A DNA stretch of 63,992 bases, counting the filler, from Chiloscyllium plagiosum (lineage: Eukaryota), in the NCBI RefSeq assembly GCF_004010195.1. It is 4 parts of 2 records of this genome, joined end to end, with 100 filler letters (N's around TTAATTAATTAA, not from the genome) between each part and the next. Parts side by side here need not be neighbours in the genome. Positions count along the whole stretch, not along the records: positions 18,852 to 42,373 come from NC_057710.1; positions 42,474 to 61,363 come from NC_057710.1; 2 more parts are not named here. The stretch is one strand, 5' to 3'. The position numbers and the translations under genes are program-made. The notes beneath the pieces are model-generated. The model saw only the letters and a program-made list of their open reading frames with translations, made no database searches and was not told the DNA's origin. Each line of letters begins with the position of its first letter. The stretch's first letter is position 1. This document shows, in pieces, positions 34,748 to 49,330 of this stretch.

Positions 34748-37574
34748 CTATACTACGCAGAAGAAATTATGCATATTATTTATAAAATTTGTAACAGTTA
34801 AAATTTGATACAATCATATAAACAAAGTCAGAGAACTGAATTCAATAATTTTAAAGTATTCTCAAATATACTTTTCAAACTTTCAGAAAATATCACCATA
34901 AGAGAGTGTAAAAGACCAACATTAACTATTGATATAGTAACAAATCATCTGAGTTACTGTCTATTTATCTAACAAACTATTCTGGTATAATATATCATTG
35001 ACAAAAATATGTCAAGGGGCATAAAACAGTTCATGGTAACAGTGATCCAAGTATAATTCTGGATAACCACCATGATTAAAGGACATAAGTACATTGGTAA
35101 ACCTCAAGAATGATCAAAATCTAGAAAAAAAAAAGATTTTTTCCACGGACTAGTGGGTGTGTGGAACATACTATAGGAGTAATGGTTAGAATGGCAATTA
35201 TCTTATTTTTAAAAATCCCAACAAAGCTCTGGTTTAGAATTAGGATTGGAGGTTTAAAGGATAAGTACAGCCACAGATAATCAAATATGTTACACTGCCA
35301 TGTCTGCAAAACAACTGGTGGCACGGAAATGTCATCCTTGTACTAGAAATGGTTGGCGTTGATTACAGGTCGGAATGTTAAATGGATGTCTTCATATTTC
35401 ACTTGGTTCACCTTCAGAAAGTGGTCAAACATGGCAGAGAACTGTTATCTGTTAAGTTTACTTAGCAGAGGTTATGCTACTTAATGTATGTGCATAAATT
35501 GTCTTTGTGTACTTCTTATAAATGCTCCATAAAGAAATTATGAAAATTCAACCTTTATATTAAATTAAACCATTTTTGCCAAGTTTATTAAATCAGATTT
35601 GTCTGTCCTTTGTCATATCCCTCAAGAGATCTTATACAGATGTCATCGTGTCAATGTAACAGGAGGCCTTTCAGTTCAAAGTCTATGCCAACTCTAATGC
35701 ATTTGAAGCAGTCCCATTGATTCTTCTATTCTTATAGTCTGCAGGTTTAAGTTTCCATTCAACTTTTGAAACCACCAATCATCTCTATTTATATTACTTT
35801 CCAAGGTAGCAGATTCCAGGTCATTACCATTCACCTCATAGGTAAGTTTTTTTTCCTTCATATCCCCACTGTATTTATCATCCAGAAGTTTGCATATGTC
35901 CCCTTAGTGCTTGTACCATAAGCTAAATGAACAGCTTGTCTTTCTCTACATATCTACGCCTTTCACAGTCTGGCACACCTCTGCCAATCTCCCCTTTGCT
36001 CTAAGGAAAACAACTAGCTTCTCCCAACGAGCACAGCGAAGGCCCCTTGATCCTTGAAACACCCTCTAAAGGGCCATCACACGACAGGATCAGTCACAAC
36101 TGAAATTCGCATCGTTTTTGAAGAAAACTGGAAGTCAGAACTGTAACTCCTGGATGATTCACACCTTTCTGAAAGTTAACACATTGAAATGAAAGGTTGT
36201 TTTTCCAAGTCAAATACTCCACAGACAACAAGCCGATTGTGAGATACACAGATACGACCTTTCTCTATGGCTGCTTCTGAGCAGCAAAACCATGGCACAA
36301 CACAAAAATGGATTTGGAAGGAAAAACTTGAAAACACTCTGCCTGCCTGAAATTATCAAATGATTAGTTTTTTTTTTAAGAAAAAAAGCACTTGAAAACA
36401 ATGCCCCTTCACTGAGAGATCCAAGATCTCTGCAAATGTCACTCATCAAGAAAAGAAAACAGGCCGACTAAACCACTGGGACTCAGTTTTCCCACAACTC
36501 AAAGACTCTTTTAAAAAAATACATTAGCCATGACTGCCTGCCTGTTCTTGCCCAAATGGACACCCCCCCCACCACCATTTTCTCTGTTATGTGTGTATGT
36601 TGGATTTTGTATCTTCCTTATTTTTGAAGGAAGTAATAAAAAATCCACTCTCACGCAAGAAAACCTTGGAATCAGCTTTGCTTCATTTGGTTAAACTTGA
36701 TCAACAAGAAGGAGAAAAGGAGAGATAGCTTTGTGCTATAAAGGAAGTTAAAATATTTGTTGTGACTGACTTGGGCCGGGGAGGGGGGAGGGGGAGGGGG
36801 TTTTAAAGAGAGAAGACCCAATCACCCCTCAATTCCTACACTGAGCCACTGGTCACAGCACATAATGAGCACCATTTCCTACCAGCCTCTAACCTGAAGG
36901 ACCATTTACCATCATTCTTTTATTTCTGTCCTGAAGCCCTTTTTTCCTACATTGACACTGACCCTCCTACTCCATCAGCTTCAATTTTGGTCTTCTCCCT
37001 AAAAAAAATCACCCAATGTTCTGTTACAGTTGCTGTTATCAATTCTTGGTTCCACTTTCTCCTGGCTCAATCCTCTAAGAGGCTGGTGCTAGCCTCTTTC
37101 CAATTTTCAAGTTCTACTTTAGACCATCCTTTGTTCTGCTCCATAACTGAACTAAACCTTATGATTTGTATTGGATTTTATTCAAAACATTCCCCAAGAG
37201 AGACTTGGTCCGCCTGGCACACCTCATTCTCAGCAGATTTAGCAGTTCTTCCTCTTTCATTGGACCAAGAACATACTGGTAAAGGTAGTTATGAACACTT
37301 CATTATCCCAAACTAGTTTGTTAAAGACCCAAAATCTTCTCTTTTTTTTTTACATAGCCCTAAATTTGTTACAGATTTGCTCTTTTATTTCTTCCATACT
37401 ATAGAATAATCTCAGTAACATGATCATTCTTTTCCTGTTTCTCAACTGTAGCCAAATAGATGTTGTCTTTGACCCAGAAGACATGCTTTTTCTAATACTA
37501 CAATATGTCAAAGGCCTTTTCCTTTATAATATTTTAGATTTTATGTTTTGGTAGACCCCTCCTTTGATCCATGA

Positions 37575-38558
37575 TGTTATCTGTAGAAGCCACAGAGAAG
37601 TGTGTATTTGGACATTTTTAAAGAAATAAAAACAATTGTAAAGTGCTGGAAAAACTCAACAGGTCTGGCAGCATCTGCAGAGAGAGAAACAGAGTAATCA
37701 AGTTCACTGTGACTCTTCTTTAAAAGTCCAGAGTTTTTAAAAAGAGTTTCGAGTCAGATTTCAAACTAGTGGCATATGAGTGCTGTGATATTTTTGCAAA
37801 GGGGTTAAATATTAAGTCAGCCTTTCCAGAAGCATGACTTTGAGGCCAGTGTGTAATAGAGAGCAGGTGGCTGTAAGACCCTCAGGAGTATCAATAAATG
37901 TTTATTAATATAGTGGGAGTTTATGACAAGAGAGAGAGAAAATCTAAGTTATTAGCTGGAGCAGAATTTAACATTTGCAGTTCAAAAGAAAAACAGATTA
38001 ATAAACGGTTGGGTTCAGTTAAAGTGAAACTTGACTAGATTTAGGCGATTGTTCAGAGTAATTAGGAAATAAGTTACTTTAGTTAACAGTTTGGGTTGTG
38101 AAGCATTCGGATGAGGAGTGATTGGTTAGAACTCTGCAGTTAAAAATCTGAGAAAGTCTAAGCTCTCAGTTGTGAATAGTCAAGGTAAAGGCCTCACGGC
38201 TCACAGGACAGGTACTGAGAAGCAGCAGTAGAGTCAAATCTACAGATCAGTCAGGCGAGGAAAAGTACTCTGGATTTTGGTTAGCTGTAATGTGATAGTG
38301 TTAGGGCGTTCATAAGACTACTTACTTTACAGTGTGTTTTGAAATCTTTCAAATGGTAATTGTTTTTAGATAACATGAGTTTAATTGATTTTATTCTGTG
38401 TAATACATGCGTATTAATGTTAAAATCGAACCTGCAGCCTAGTGTGCTTACATTTCTGTGAAAAACATTGTGTTAACTTTTTCAAAAAAAATCTATCCAG
38501 CCAAATTTCATTCTGGGTTCTGACATGACCCACAGTAACATCAGCTGGGATCATAACA
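37575..38558 (+). mobile_element. Possible solo LTR (TGTTAT...ATAACA)
   Basis: 6-bp inverted termini with TG...CA and an internal AATAAA. No clear TSD. Contains a PLE family B fragment at about 37630-37720. Confidence 0.3.
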
Positions 38559-39202
38559 ACATACTATCTAAAACCATAGAGTAGCAGATCAGATTGCTAA
38601 CGCATTTGAAAAGGGCTTGTCAGTAAGTCCAGGTATCTCCTCCTTAAAGATGACATTTATTTGCACAAAGCATAGAAGGTGTAAAGTTAACTCAAGAAAA
38701 TGAGTGTCTTTTCCAACAGATACTGAATGGAGATGATAACCAACAGAAACATTTATTAAAATTTAAAATTAATACAATGATGCCAGCCCAGCAAAAATTA
38801 AAAACCACATTATGCATTCTACTGGTCAGCATAAGGGCAGGACCAAAAGACATAACTGCATCATGGCATGACGACAGCAAATGTTTTAGTAGCACATTTT
38901 AAAAGCTGTCATTAGTTCAAAAGGTCAAACAGAAAACTGCTGGCAGACGATGCTTTCTATACTGAAATATTGAACTCCAAAGCAGCAATAACCCCATTTA
39001 ATGGTTAGAGACATTTCGCACAGCGACTCTAGTCTATGCAAATTCTCCATACTCTTCGGTATCCAAATATTTTTATATCTACTACTTATAAAGTGGACTA
39101 CAAAATTATGATTAATTTAATAGCTTTGTACATCATGATGTTAAATATAAAAAGCAAGAAAATAACACTGGATGTGTATTTTAGTTAGGCTACAATTACG
39201 TA

Positions 39203-39478
39203 TAGATTAGATTACTTAGTGTGGAAACAGGCCCTTCGGCCCAACAAGTCCACACCGACCCTCCGAAGAGCAACCCACCCAGACCCATTCCCCTACACCT
39301 AAAACTACAGGCAATTTTAGCATGGCCGATTCACCTAACCCGCACATTTTTGGACTGTGGGAGGAAACCCATGCAGACACGGGAAGAATATGCAAACTCT
39401 ATACAGACAGTTGCCTGAGGCGGGAATTGAACCTGGGTCTTTGGCGCTGTGAGGCAGCACTGTGCCACTGTGCCACCC
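39203..39478 (-). mobile_element. HE1-type V-SINE
   Basis: Reverse-complement HE1 with small deletions. Confidence 0.88.
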
Positions 39479-41483
39479 CTAATGTATCCCTAAAGTATAG
39501 TATAATGTACCCCTAAATTCTAATCACCTCTGCAAAGAAGACAATGATGGCAACGCAAAGGATATAGTGAAAATTAATGAGAATAAATATCAGAAAAACT
39601 ATACATATGAAGAAAGATTTGTTTTTTTTTTACTTGCACTAAATGAGTGGACAATATCAGGCTATCATTAAGGAAGTTAAAAAGGCAGAGCCTAGTGGGA
39701 CCCTCATTTGCTGGCGCACACAGGTATGTTTTTCCAGTAGGGATTATTGGTTTTCTGCCACAATCATTGACCTCTCTCCAACTTAGTGATCCTAAGTTCA
39801 ACTGTAACACCTCAATCAGCTCCCCATAGAGATCCATATGCATTAGCCACTAGGTCATCAGAGGAATATTATTTACTAAAAGTAACAATTAAAACTTGAC
39901 TATTCCTGGCCTCAAGTTTCATTTTAAAAAAATACTATTTTTGATGTTTCTATGATTTGTTTTTTTAAAAAAAGATGGCTTGGCCAACTTGAAGAATTTG
40001 GTTCTATCATTCCAAGAAGATTACTCAAACATTACTGCTCTTACTTAAAACTCAATGGTACATTTTATGTTTTTCATCTTTGTATAGATTATGTTATGGC
40101 TTCCTGAAGTCATTTTCTAGTTAGTGTATATGATTTTAAAGGTTTTTATGAGCAAAAGCCTTAAGGTATATGAATAGTTTAGTTATAAGTCATAATGAAA
40201 ATACTTTATATGTGATTTTTTTTTCTCAAGTCATTTGTTCATAAGATATTTGTGCTTCATTCTATTGACAGATATAAATGATTCTTGTGAATTGTTGGGG
40301 TTTGTTCAAGACTGGTCATTTTACATTAGCTTCTTGAAAGGGAATGGTTGTGTCCCTCCAAACCACGCACCATCCTGATTTGGAATTATGTCACTATTCC
40401 TTCATAGTCAGGAGGCAAATTTTGAAATTGCTTTCTTTACAGCACTCTGGGTACAGATACACTTTATGGACTGTAGTAGCTCAAGATGGCAGCTCTGTCA
40501 ATCCTTGAAGGGCATTTAAGATAGGTAATAAGTAATTGCCGTGACACCAATTCTTCCGATCTCATAAGTAGATGAAACAAAAGGAAGTGTTACGATTCCA
40601 TTACAGAGGGAATAGTCAGCAGGGTACTTTTTGATTGTAGATGCCAATGCCAGGGCTCCAAAATGAGGAATATAATCAGCATTATTGAGTGAAGGCCTTA
40701 TTTAATATAAACAACTCTAGGCCATGATACAAATGCTTCATTTTTTAAAAAAAGTGTATTGTAATAATCTGCAAAACAAACAAATTGAGGTCAATTCAGA
40801 AATATTACACTCTTAGAGCCCACCAATTTTAAGAAATGTAATGATTTTGAAGAAATTTTATTTTAATCCCTTCCTGGGATATCAGTATCAGTGGAAACAC
40901 CAAATATTTTTTGCACATTCCAATTGCTTTTGAGAAGGTGCTGCTGAGCTGCCCTCTTGAACTACTGTGATGCACACAATATAGATTCACCTATTCCACA
41001 TTTTTGACCCAGCTACTGTGAAGCAGCATTGATGGAGGTCCAAGTCAGGATATTGTGTGAGCAGTGCCTGAATTGCTTACTGGATAATTACAGTCAACCC
41101 TGAGATTAATAGAAACAAGTGTAGTGGAGCTCCATTTGAAGGACCCAAGACAGATTGGACCTTTACTTGTCATCGGTGATGTTTTACCTGCTTTTTCTTC
41201 TGGTTAATTTACAATAACCCACTTATATTCAGGTAGCTGTTTCTAACCCCAATCTGACAACTTTGCTCTTTGAAAGTGCAGTGAGAAAAACTTTAACAAT
41301 TTCCCTACAGGAGATTTTCCTGATGAGTGATAATCTTGATCCTAATCCCTTACTTCTGCAACCTTCTCCAGCCCTACAACCTTCTGAGATAGTCACAAAC
41401 GTCTAATTCCAACCTGGAGAACTTAACTGGTGGCCATACCTTCAGTTGCCTAGATTCCAAGCTCTAGAATTCTTCTCCTAATC

Positions 41484-42080
41484 AGAGTCATAGTCACAGA
41501 GTCAGAAATGTACAGCATGGAAATAGACCCTTCGGTCCAACTCGTCCATGCCGACCAGATGTCCCAATTCAATCTAGACCCACCTGCCAGAACCCGGCTC
41601 ATATCCCTCCAAACCCTTCCTATTCATATATCCATCCAGATGCCTTTTAAATGTTGCAATTGTACCAGCCTCCCACCACTTCCTCTGGCAGCTCATTCCA
41701 AACATGTACCACCCTCTGTGTGAAAGTTGCCTCTTAAGTCTCTTTTATATCTTTCCCCCCCCTCACCCTAAATCTATGTTCTCTAGTTCTAGACTCCTCC
41801 CAGCCCATGGAAAAGACCTTTACTATTTATCTGATCAATGCCCCTCATGCTTTTATAAACCTCTAACGTCACTCCTCAGCCTCCGACGCTCCAGGGAAAA
41901 CAGCCCCAGCCTATTCAACCCCTCCTTATAGCTCAAATCCTCCAACCCTGGCAACATCCTTGTAAATCTTTTCTGAACCCTTTTGAGTTTCACAACACTC
42001 TTCCAATAGGAAGGAGACCAGAATTGCACACAATATTCCAACAGTGGCCTAACCCATGTCCTGTACAGCCACAACATGAG
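41484..42080 (-). mobile_element. CR1 (HER1-like) LINE 3' fragment
   Basis: LYRTWVRPLLEYCVQFWSPSYWKSVVKLKRVQKRFTRMLPGL, with a (CTATGACT)-type tail. Confidence 0.92.
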
Positions 42081-42129
42081 GAAACCCTGGAAGCCAGTCT
42101 TCAATACTTCATTTGTTGTAATACATTAA

Positions 42130-42373
42130 GCGTCAATCTGCAATTTGAGAGGGAGAGATACAGTCGGAAGCGACAGTACTTCTGTTGAATAAAGGGAACT
42201 ATGGAGCTATGAGGGAGGAGCTGGCCAAAGTTCAATGGTGCAATACCTTAGCAGGGATGACCGTGGAGGAACAATGGCGGATATTTCTGTGTATAATGCA
42301 GAAGTTGCAGGATCAGTTCATTCCTAAAAAGGAAGAAAGATCCCAGGAGGAGGCATGGGCGGCCATGGCTGAC
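42130..42373 (+). mobile_element. CR1 LINE ORF2 fragment truncated by an assembly gap
   Basis: LNKGNYGAMREELAKVQWCNTLAGMTVEEQWRIF...FIPKK (EN-RT linker). Confidence 0.88.
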
Positions 42374-42473
42374 NNNNNNNNNNNNNNNNNNNNNNNNNNN
42401 NNNNNNNNNNNNNNNNNTTAATTAATTAANNNNNNNNNNNNNNNNNNNNNNNNNNNNNNNNNNNNNNNNNNNN
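42374..42473. other. Assembly spacer N44-TTAATTAATTAA-N44
   Basis: Same construct as 18752-18851. Confidence 0.97.
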
Positions 42474-42665
42474 TGCCAGAGGAAATGGTGGAGGCTGGTA
42501 CAATTGCAACATTTAAAAGGCACCTGGATGGGTATATGAATAGGAAGGGTTTAGAGGGATATGGGCCAGATGCTGGCAAATGGGACTAGATTGGGTTGGG
42601 ATATCTGGTCGGCATGGAGGTGTCTGTTTCCGTGATGTGCATCGCTATGTCTCTATGACTCCATA
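42474..42665 (+). mobile_element. CR1 LINE 3' end
   Basis: PEEMVEAGTIATFKRHLDGYMNRKGLEGYGP plus tail. Confidence 0.88.
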
Positions 42666-42964
42666 AGAACAAGATGTTTGAAAACACCACCAGGTGTGAG
42701 CTCCTCCCTAGAGCACACAATATCACCAGCTTTTCCTTCGCACATATCTATGGAACTCCATCCTTAACAGCAATGTATCTTTACCTATAATGGATGGACT
42801 GCAGAAGTTAAAGAATGTGACTCACCACTACCTGTTAAGGTCAATTAGGAATGCAATAAGCGTTGGCCTTGCCAGTGACATCCAACAAAGGAATAATAAA
42901 GAAATAAAATCAACGACCTTTCACAACCACAAACCAGATGTGTCCTCAGAGTTTTCTATGAAAT

Positions 42965-44262
42965 CAGAGTTTGTATCAATGATAGGGAAACTATTGGAGA
43001 AACTTCTAAAGGAGTGAAATCCTTTCCAGTTGAAAAGGAAAATTTCAATCAGGGATAGTCAGCATAATGATCCCAAAGAGAAAGCATACTTTTGATTGAA
43101 TTTTTTGAAGTAACCAGGGTTTGTAGATGAAGGTAGTGCAGTTGGTGTAGTTTGTGAATTTCAGAAAAGCCTTTGACAAGATCCCACATGTGAAATTGAT
43201 AAAGAAGGTGGAACATGAAATCCAGGATAACTTAGCAAGATGGATCCAAAATTGGCTCTGTGATAGGAAACAAAGGGTGGTGGTAGAAGGCTGTTTGTGT
43301 CACTGGAGGTCAGTGTTCAATAGCATACCACAGGGGTCAGTGCTGGATTTGTTATTATTTATGATATATCTGACAATAGAGATGAAAATGTGAAATGTGA
43401 AAGAAACCTTTTAGATGACACAAAGATTGCCTGGATTGTTGATTGTGAGGAAGAAGGTCTTTAGTTTCAGGAAGTTATAGATGGTTGAGCAAATCAGTGG
43501 TCAATGAAACGTGTCATATGATGCACTTTGAGCACCCATTTTTCTCAATGAACAGAAGGACACGTGGAAGTTCAGAGAAACAAGGATCTCGGGATGCTTG
43601 CCCACAGATCCATAAAGGTGGCAGGGCAGGTTAAGAGCACGTTTAAGGATGCAAATAGAATATTTGTCTTTATCAGTTCTGGTACACATTAGAGCTTTAT
43701 GTTGGAGCTGGACAAAGCTTTGGTTAGGCCACAGCTGAAGTACAGTGAGCAGTTGTTTGCCTTACTATAGAAAGGATGTGATTCCACTGGAGTAGGGGGC
43801 AGAAGAGATTCGCCAGGATATTGCCTGAGTTGGAGCTATTTTAGCTATGAAGAGAGGCTGGAAAGGCCTGAGTTGTTTTCTTTAGAGCAGAGGAGGCTGA
43901 GGAGGGACCTGAATGAGGCATATCAGTTTGAGGGGCTTGAACAAGGTTAAAAGGGAGCAGCTGTTCCCATTATTTGAAGAGTTAATAACAAGTTAGCATA
44001 ATTTTAAAGTGAAGGGCAGGAGGTTGAAAGGCAATTTAAGGAAAACATTTTTCACTAGAGTAGGACCTTGGAATGCGACACCAGGGATAGTAGTAGAGAT
44101 GGAAAACTCCAACCTTTAAAACGTACAGAATGAGCACTTGAAATGTCATCGCATTCAAGGCTATGGAACAAGTGCCAGGAAGTGAGGCTAGTATTGATAG
44201 GTTGACACAGGCTAGATGGGCTGAAGGGCCTCACCTGTGCTGTACAATCCTATGATTCTATA
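42965..44262 (+). mobile_element. Old CR1 LINE, RT domain to 3' tail
   Basis: FRKAFDKIPH...WIQNWLCDRKQRVVVEG...IPQGSVL, and DDTK. Confidence 0.88.
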
Positions 44263-45036
44263 AGCTCTTGTTTTAGTTTCCAAGTGTTTCTGATTTAAAA
44301 GTAAAACAGCGTAACTTTATGCTTTAAACAAGATAAAAGGTGGAACAAAATCAGAGAGCACTGGAGGAACATAGCAGGTCTGGCGGCATCTAATGAGAGA
44401 AAATAGTTAATGTTTCAAATTAGTGACCCTTTATCAGTTTTGCAAAGCCATCAGCTTCACAACCTGAATCGACAAGTATTGGTTTTAATTGTAGGTGTGA
44501 ATTGAAGGAGTGTTCACACGCTAACTATCTGCTGTACAGCTAACAAGGGTTTACTCTAGGATTCACTTGTGTGAACCTCCTGGGAGAACAGAAGCCATTA
44601 TCATCCAGATAAGAGCTTGCATTGCAGACAGTTCAACCATTAAGCACAGAAACATGGAAAATGGAGGAGCAAGAATAGGTTATTCAAGCCTGCTGCACCA
44701 TTCAATAATGTCATGGCTAATCATCCAACTCAGTCACCTGTTCCTGCTTTCTCCCTTTGATCCCTATAGCCCTAGTAATTATATATGACTCCTTCAAAAT
44801 ATTTCATGTTTTGGCCTTAATCACTTTACCTGGTAAATAAATTGACAGGCTCACCAATCTCTGGAGAAGTATAATATTTCTGTCTCAGCAGGGGGGTACA
44901 TTAGGCATTGATTGTCTAGTGATGTTGCCTTCTGAGAAGCTTCCAAAAGTTACTGCTAGGTCCAGTCACATGATCATAGCAACAACGGTTGTGTGGCTAT
45001 TAAATGAGGTTTGCTTTTTAAAATGTGTGTAGGTCT

Positions 45037-45167
45037 AGGAAAACGTGAGGACTGTAGATGCTGGAGATCAGAGTCGAGAGTGTGGTGCTGGAAAAGCACA
45101 GCAGGTCAGGCAGCATCCGAGGAGCAGGAGAATCAACGTTTTGGACAAAAGCCCTTCATCAGGAATG
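45037..45167 (-). mobile_element. PLE family A mini-element with degenerate hammerhead
   Basis: Reverse complement ATTC-CTGATGA-AGGGCTTTTGTCC-AAAACGTT-GATT plus the family terminus. Confidence 0.78.
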
Positions 45168-45459
45168 AATGGTAGGTATATATTAACAACACCCTGACTG
45201 AATGCCTGATGATGGTAAATCCATTGGACTGTTGCTGGAGGTTTCCCTTGACTTATTATGTTCCATAGCCTTCAGTAAGGATTATTCCGCTAAGACATGG
45301 CTGCCTGCTTACTGCAAAAGCAATTTGTTTGCTGCATAAGCTGCTAACACATTGCATAGGTGTAAGATCAAGATAGCACGCGGCCATATAGCAAGATGTA
45401 CACCTCCTTGACTGAGAAATGCTGACCAGCAAGGTAAGCTGCCTGGCTTGTGTGACTTA

Positions 45460-46365
45460 CTTTTATTCACTCATGGGATGTGAGCATTGACTGGACCAGC
45501 ATTTATTGCCCATTCTTAGTTGCTCTTAAGGTGGTAGTGAGCTACCTTCTTGAACTGTTACTGTCCATGTGCTGTGACTCCCCCACAATGGGGAAGGAAT
45601 TCCAGGATTTTGGCGCAACAAGACTGAAAGCATGACAACATATTTCCAAGTCAGGATGTTGCGTGGCTGCAAGAGGAACTTGCAGGTGGTGGTGTGCCCA
45701 TGTACCTACTGCCCTTGTCTTTCTAGATGGTAGTGGTCATGGGTTTGGAAGGTGATATCTAAGGATCTTTGCTGAATTTCGGCAGTGCAACTTGTATTTT
45801 GTACATTGCTACTGAGGGTTGGCAATGGAGGGAATCGATGTTTGTGAATGTGGTGCGAATCAAGCAGGCTGCTTTGCCCTGCAAGGTATCCAAACTTCTT
45901 GAGTTTTGGTACAGTTGTACTCATCCAGGAAAATGGGGAATATCATACTCCACACTTGAACCTTGCAAATGGTGAACAGGCTTTGAGGAATCAGGAGGTG
46001 AGTTACTCTGTACAGTATTCCTAGAGTTTGACCTGGTTTTGCAGCCACTGTAATGTTGCGAGTCCAGCATAAGCATTGAGTTTCCAGTCAATGGTAACCC
46101 TCACGATGTTGATTACAGGGTATTCAATGATTGTAACACCATTGAATGTCAGAGGGTAGTGATTAGATTGGAGATGGCATTGACTGGCATTTATGGGACA
46201 CAAATGTTACTTGCCATTTTTCAGCCTGGCTTAAATATTGTCCAGGTCTTGCTGATATGGTATCCTCAGTATCTGAGGAGTCAATAATTGTGCTGAACGT
46301 TATACAGTCATCGGCAAACACTTCTAATGGATGAGGGTAACTGGTGAAGCAGCTGAATGAAAATC
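45460..46365 (-). mobile_element. LINE 3' fragment (CR1/L2 group)
   Basis: VFADDCITF, AEKWQVTF and GQTLGILYRVTHLLIPQSLFTICKVQV on the minus strand. Confidence 0.78.
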
Positions 46366-48649
46366 GTTGGATCCAGGACTCTCCCTCTCTCTCTCTCTCT
46401 CTCTCCCCCCTGAGGACTGTACTAATTGGCAAGGCATGGATGCTGGGAGCATGCAAACAGGCCTTAAATGAAGTGAGCTTTGAGGTACCAATATAGAGGT
46501 GCTTCAGAACAAATAGTCAGCTTGTTTAACATCTTTGGTAAATAAGAAGCTGTTAACAAGGCATTCAACAAGAATTAATCCTCTACATTTGGTAACTCGC
46601 TTCTACAAGAAATTCAGCAAAAGCATAAAAGATGGGCCAAGATTCTCCTCATGTCAATATAGGGCTCAGTGGACCTCTTATCCAATTCTATCACAGTCTC
46701 ACCATAACCCACTGAAACCCCTACAACATTCCATCCAATGAATAGTTGAGCTCACAGCATAATTCCTTGTGAGACAGATCTGGTGACATTGTGCAAGTTA
46801 GAGTACCTTCCCATTATCTCTACTGTCTGTCTTTTGCCACTCAGCCAATTTCTAATTTATGGCACATAATTATGAAAATATTTACACACAATTGTCGTAC
46901 GCTCAATGACCTGAACTTTGTTTTATTGTGTTCTCTTTGGCCCTGTTTGTTGGGGAGATGTACATAAAGTTGTTCAGTAGTGGTTGTCTGCACCTTAACA
47001 TTTATTAGTCGTACTCAGTGCAAGATATTGGAGAGCAGACCATTCTAAACCATTTCCGTTAAAACCACAAGTGGGAGAATGCCACTGAATTGGTGTTGAG
47101 TTGCAGAGATTTGTATTTTAATTCTATATTCTATGCACATCCAATAAATTGTTTTTTTTTTCCCATGGGTGCTGCTTCAATTGCTGAGTATTTCCAACAT
47201 TCTCATTATTTCAATGCAATTCACTCACCTTTGAAGCTGGTTTCTATGTAAAAATCAAACTTAAAAGAAACAGCATGTCAGGCCTCTCACTGAAAAATCC
47301 CAGTGTTCCAAATTTGCCACACAAAGTTACTATATAAGGATTTTTTCAGATGAAACAGATTCTTCTTCAATCACAAGTGGCTGCACTGAATTGTAGGATT
47401 TTCAGCACCATAGTTCTGAAAGCTTCCTGTCCCTGAGCATCTCTCAATAGCTGGCATATTCTAATAAAAAGGCAGGGGTTCTGGCGTCGGCTCTACACAG
47501 GAATAGTCAGCTAAAAATGACATAAATCTGAATTTAAAGAAGTAACTGCAATGAAAGAGTAGGTCACAAGCAAGATTTGCTATTTAAAAAGATTGAATGC
47601 ATTGATCAAGCATGTTTTCAGTGAAAAGTAATGCTCACTATGTCAAAGAAAACCTCAGAATTGGTTATGGATGTAACTTCCTTTACAAGCTGTTGAAAAG
47701 ACCACAGAGAAAATGATACAGAGGATTAAAATATTAATGCAGTATTTCAAACATGGACGATAACCTCCTGAAATTTCATGAGTTTTTTTTGTAGAAGGGC
47801 ATAAAAGTCCTTTTGCAAGTGGACAGCAGTTTCATATTTGACCACTTTGCAAACTAGAATCTCCTTACATCCATTTGAGGCCAGTAAGGAATGTAAGGAA
47901 CTTAGAAGAAACATCTTGGCCAACAGCATAGTTAGAATGTGAAACATTCAGAACAGACAGTGGTTGAAGCAAATAATCAAGACACATTTAAGGGAAAGCT
48001 GGATGTGCATTCCTGAGAGAAGGGAATGTGTAGTTGAATGGTAAATTCAGATGGGAAAGCAAGGATGGTTTAGTGGAGCATGAACAGTGATGATGCTGTT
48101 TCTGTGAATAAAAGAAAAACTGCATGTGCTGAAAATTAGAAACAAAATCTTCTAGAAAAATTGCAAAGTCTTTGTCTATATACCAACCTTTTCCTAGTTA
48201 CAATCAGCTCCGAAGAAGGGTCACTTGACTCTGCTTTCTGTCCACAAATCCTGACAGTCCTGCTGAATTTTTACCAGCAATCTCTGTTGTTGCCATGTTT
48301 TGGTACTGAATATGTTATGTAATCCTATACAATGAAAAGTAAAAAGAAATAATTTGTCTCCTAAGTCCTTTTTTATGTCACTTGCCCAATCTCATTCGGA
48401 AATGAGTTCATAAATAACAAAAAGCATGCCATAAAAGCTTGGTGGGGCATTTAAAAACAATCTAAATTCAGAAAAATTACTTTGAAACACAAAGACTAAA
48501 TTAGACAGAATAAATTAAGAAAATATATTGAAAATATAAATGGCTCCTTCATTCTTCTCGTGTATTTCCAAATTTTCTTACCCCATTTATTGAAATTATG
48601 CCACTGTCCATTGATATTGGCAGCCTAATGAAATTCCTAATTACCAATA

Positions 48650-49330
48650 TTGACCTGGAAAAAGTCCCAGCGTGTCCAGCCTCTCCGTATAACTCAAACT
48701 TTCCAGTCCAGGAAGCATCCGAGTAAATCTTTTCTGCACTCCTTCTGGTTTAATAATATCCTTTCTATAGTAGGTTGACTAGAACTGCACAGAGAGCTCC
48801 AAATGTAGCCTCACGAATAACTTGTACAGCTGCAACAAAAAGTCCCAACTCCTCTACTCAATGTTCTGACAGCTGAAAGCAAACATGACCTGAGGGGCAA
48901 CGTTTTCATGCAGAGGGTGGTACGTGTATGGAATGAGCTGCCAGAGGAAGTGGTGGAGGCTGGTACAATTACAACAGTTAAAAGACATCTGGATAGGTCT
49001 AAGAATAGGAAGGGTTTAGAGGGATATGGGCCAAGTGCTGGCAAATGGGATTTGATTAGGTTAGGTTATCTGGTCAGTATGGACAAGTTGGACCGAAAGA
49101 TCTGTGTCCGTGCTGTAGATCTCTATGATTCTATGATTCAATGCCAAAAGCCATCTTCACCAACCTGTCTACCTGTGACTCCACCTTCAAGAAGCTATGA
49201 GCCTCTACACCTAGATCTCTTTGTTCTATAACACTCCCAGGGCCCTACTGTGGACTGTATAAGTCCTGCCCTGGTTTAACCCAATAAAATGCAACAACTT
49301 GCATTTACTAAATTAAACTCGGTCTCTCAT
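48650..49330. mobile_element. CR1 fragment (minus) with a nested CR1 3' end (plus, about 48880-49140)
   Basis: QRVVRVWNELPEEVVEAGTITTVKRHLD in the nested copy. Confidence 0.82.

Noticed and set aside
35121..35324. ORF with FVGI...LTITP, superficially like HTRA3 exon 7
   Set aside because: It lies upstream of exon 2, the motif spacing is wrong and no matching splice sites were seen. Treated as chance.
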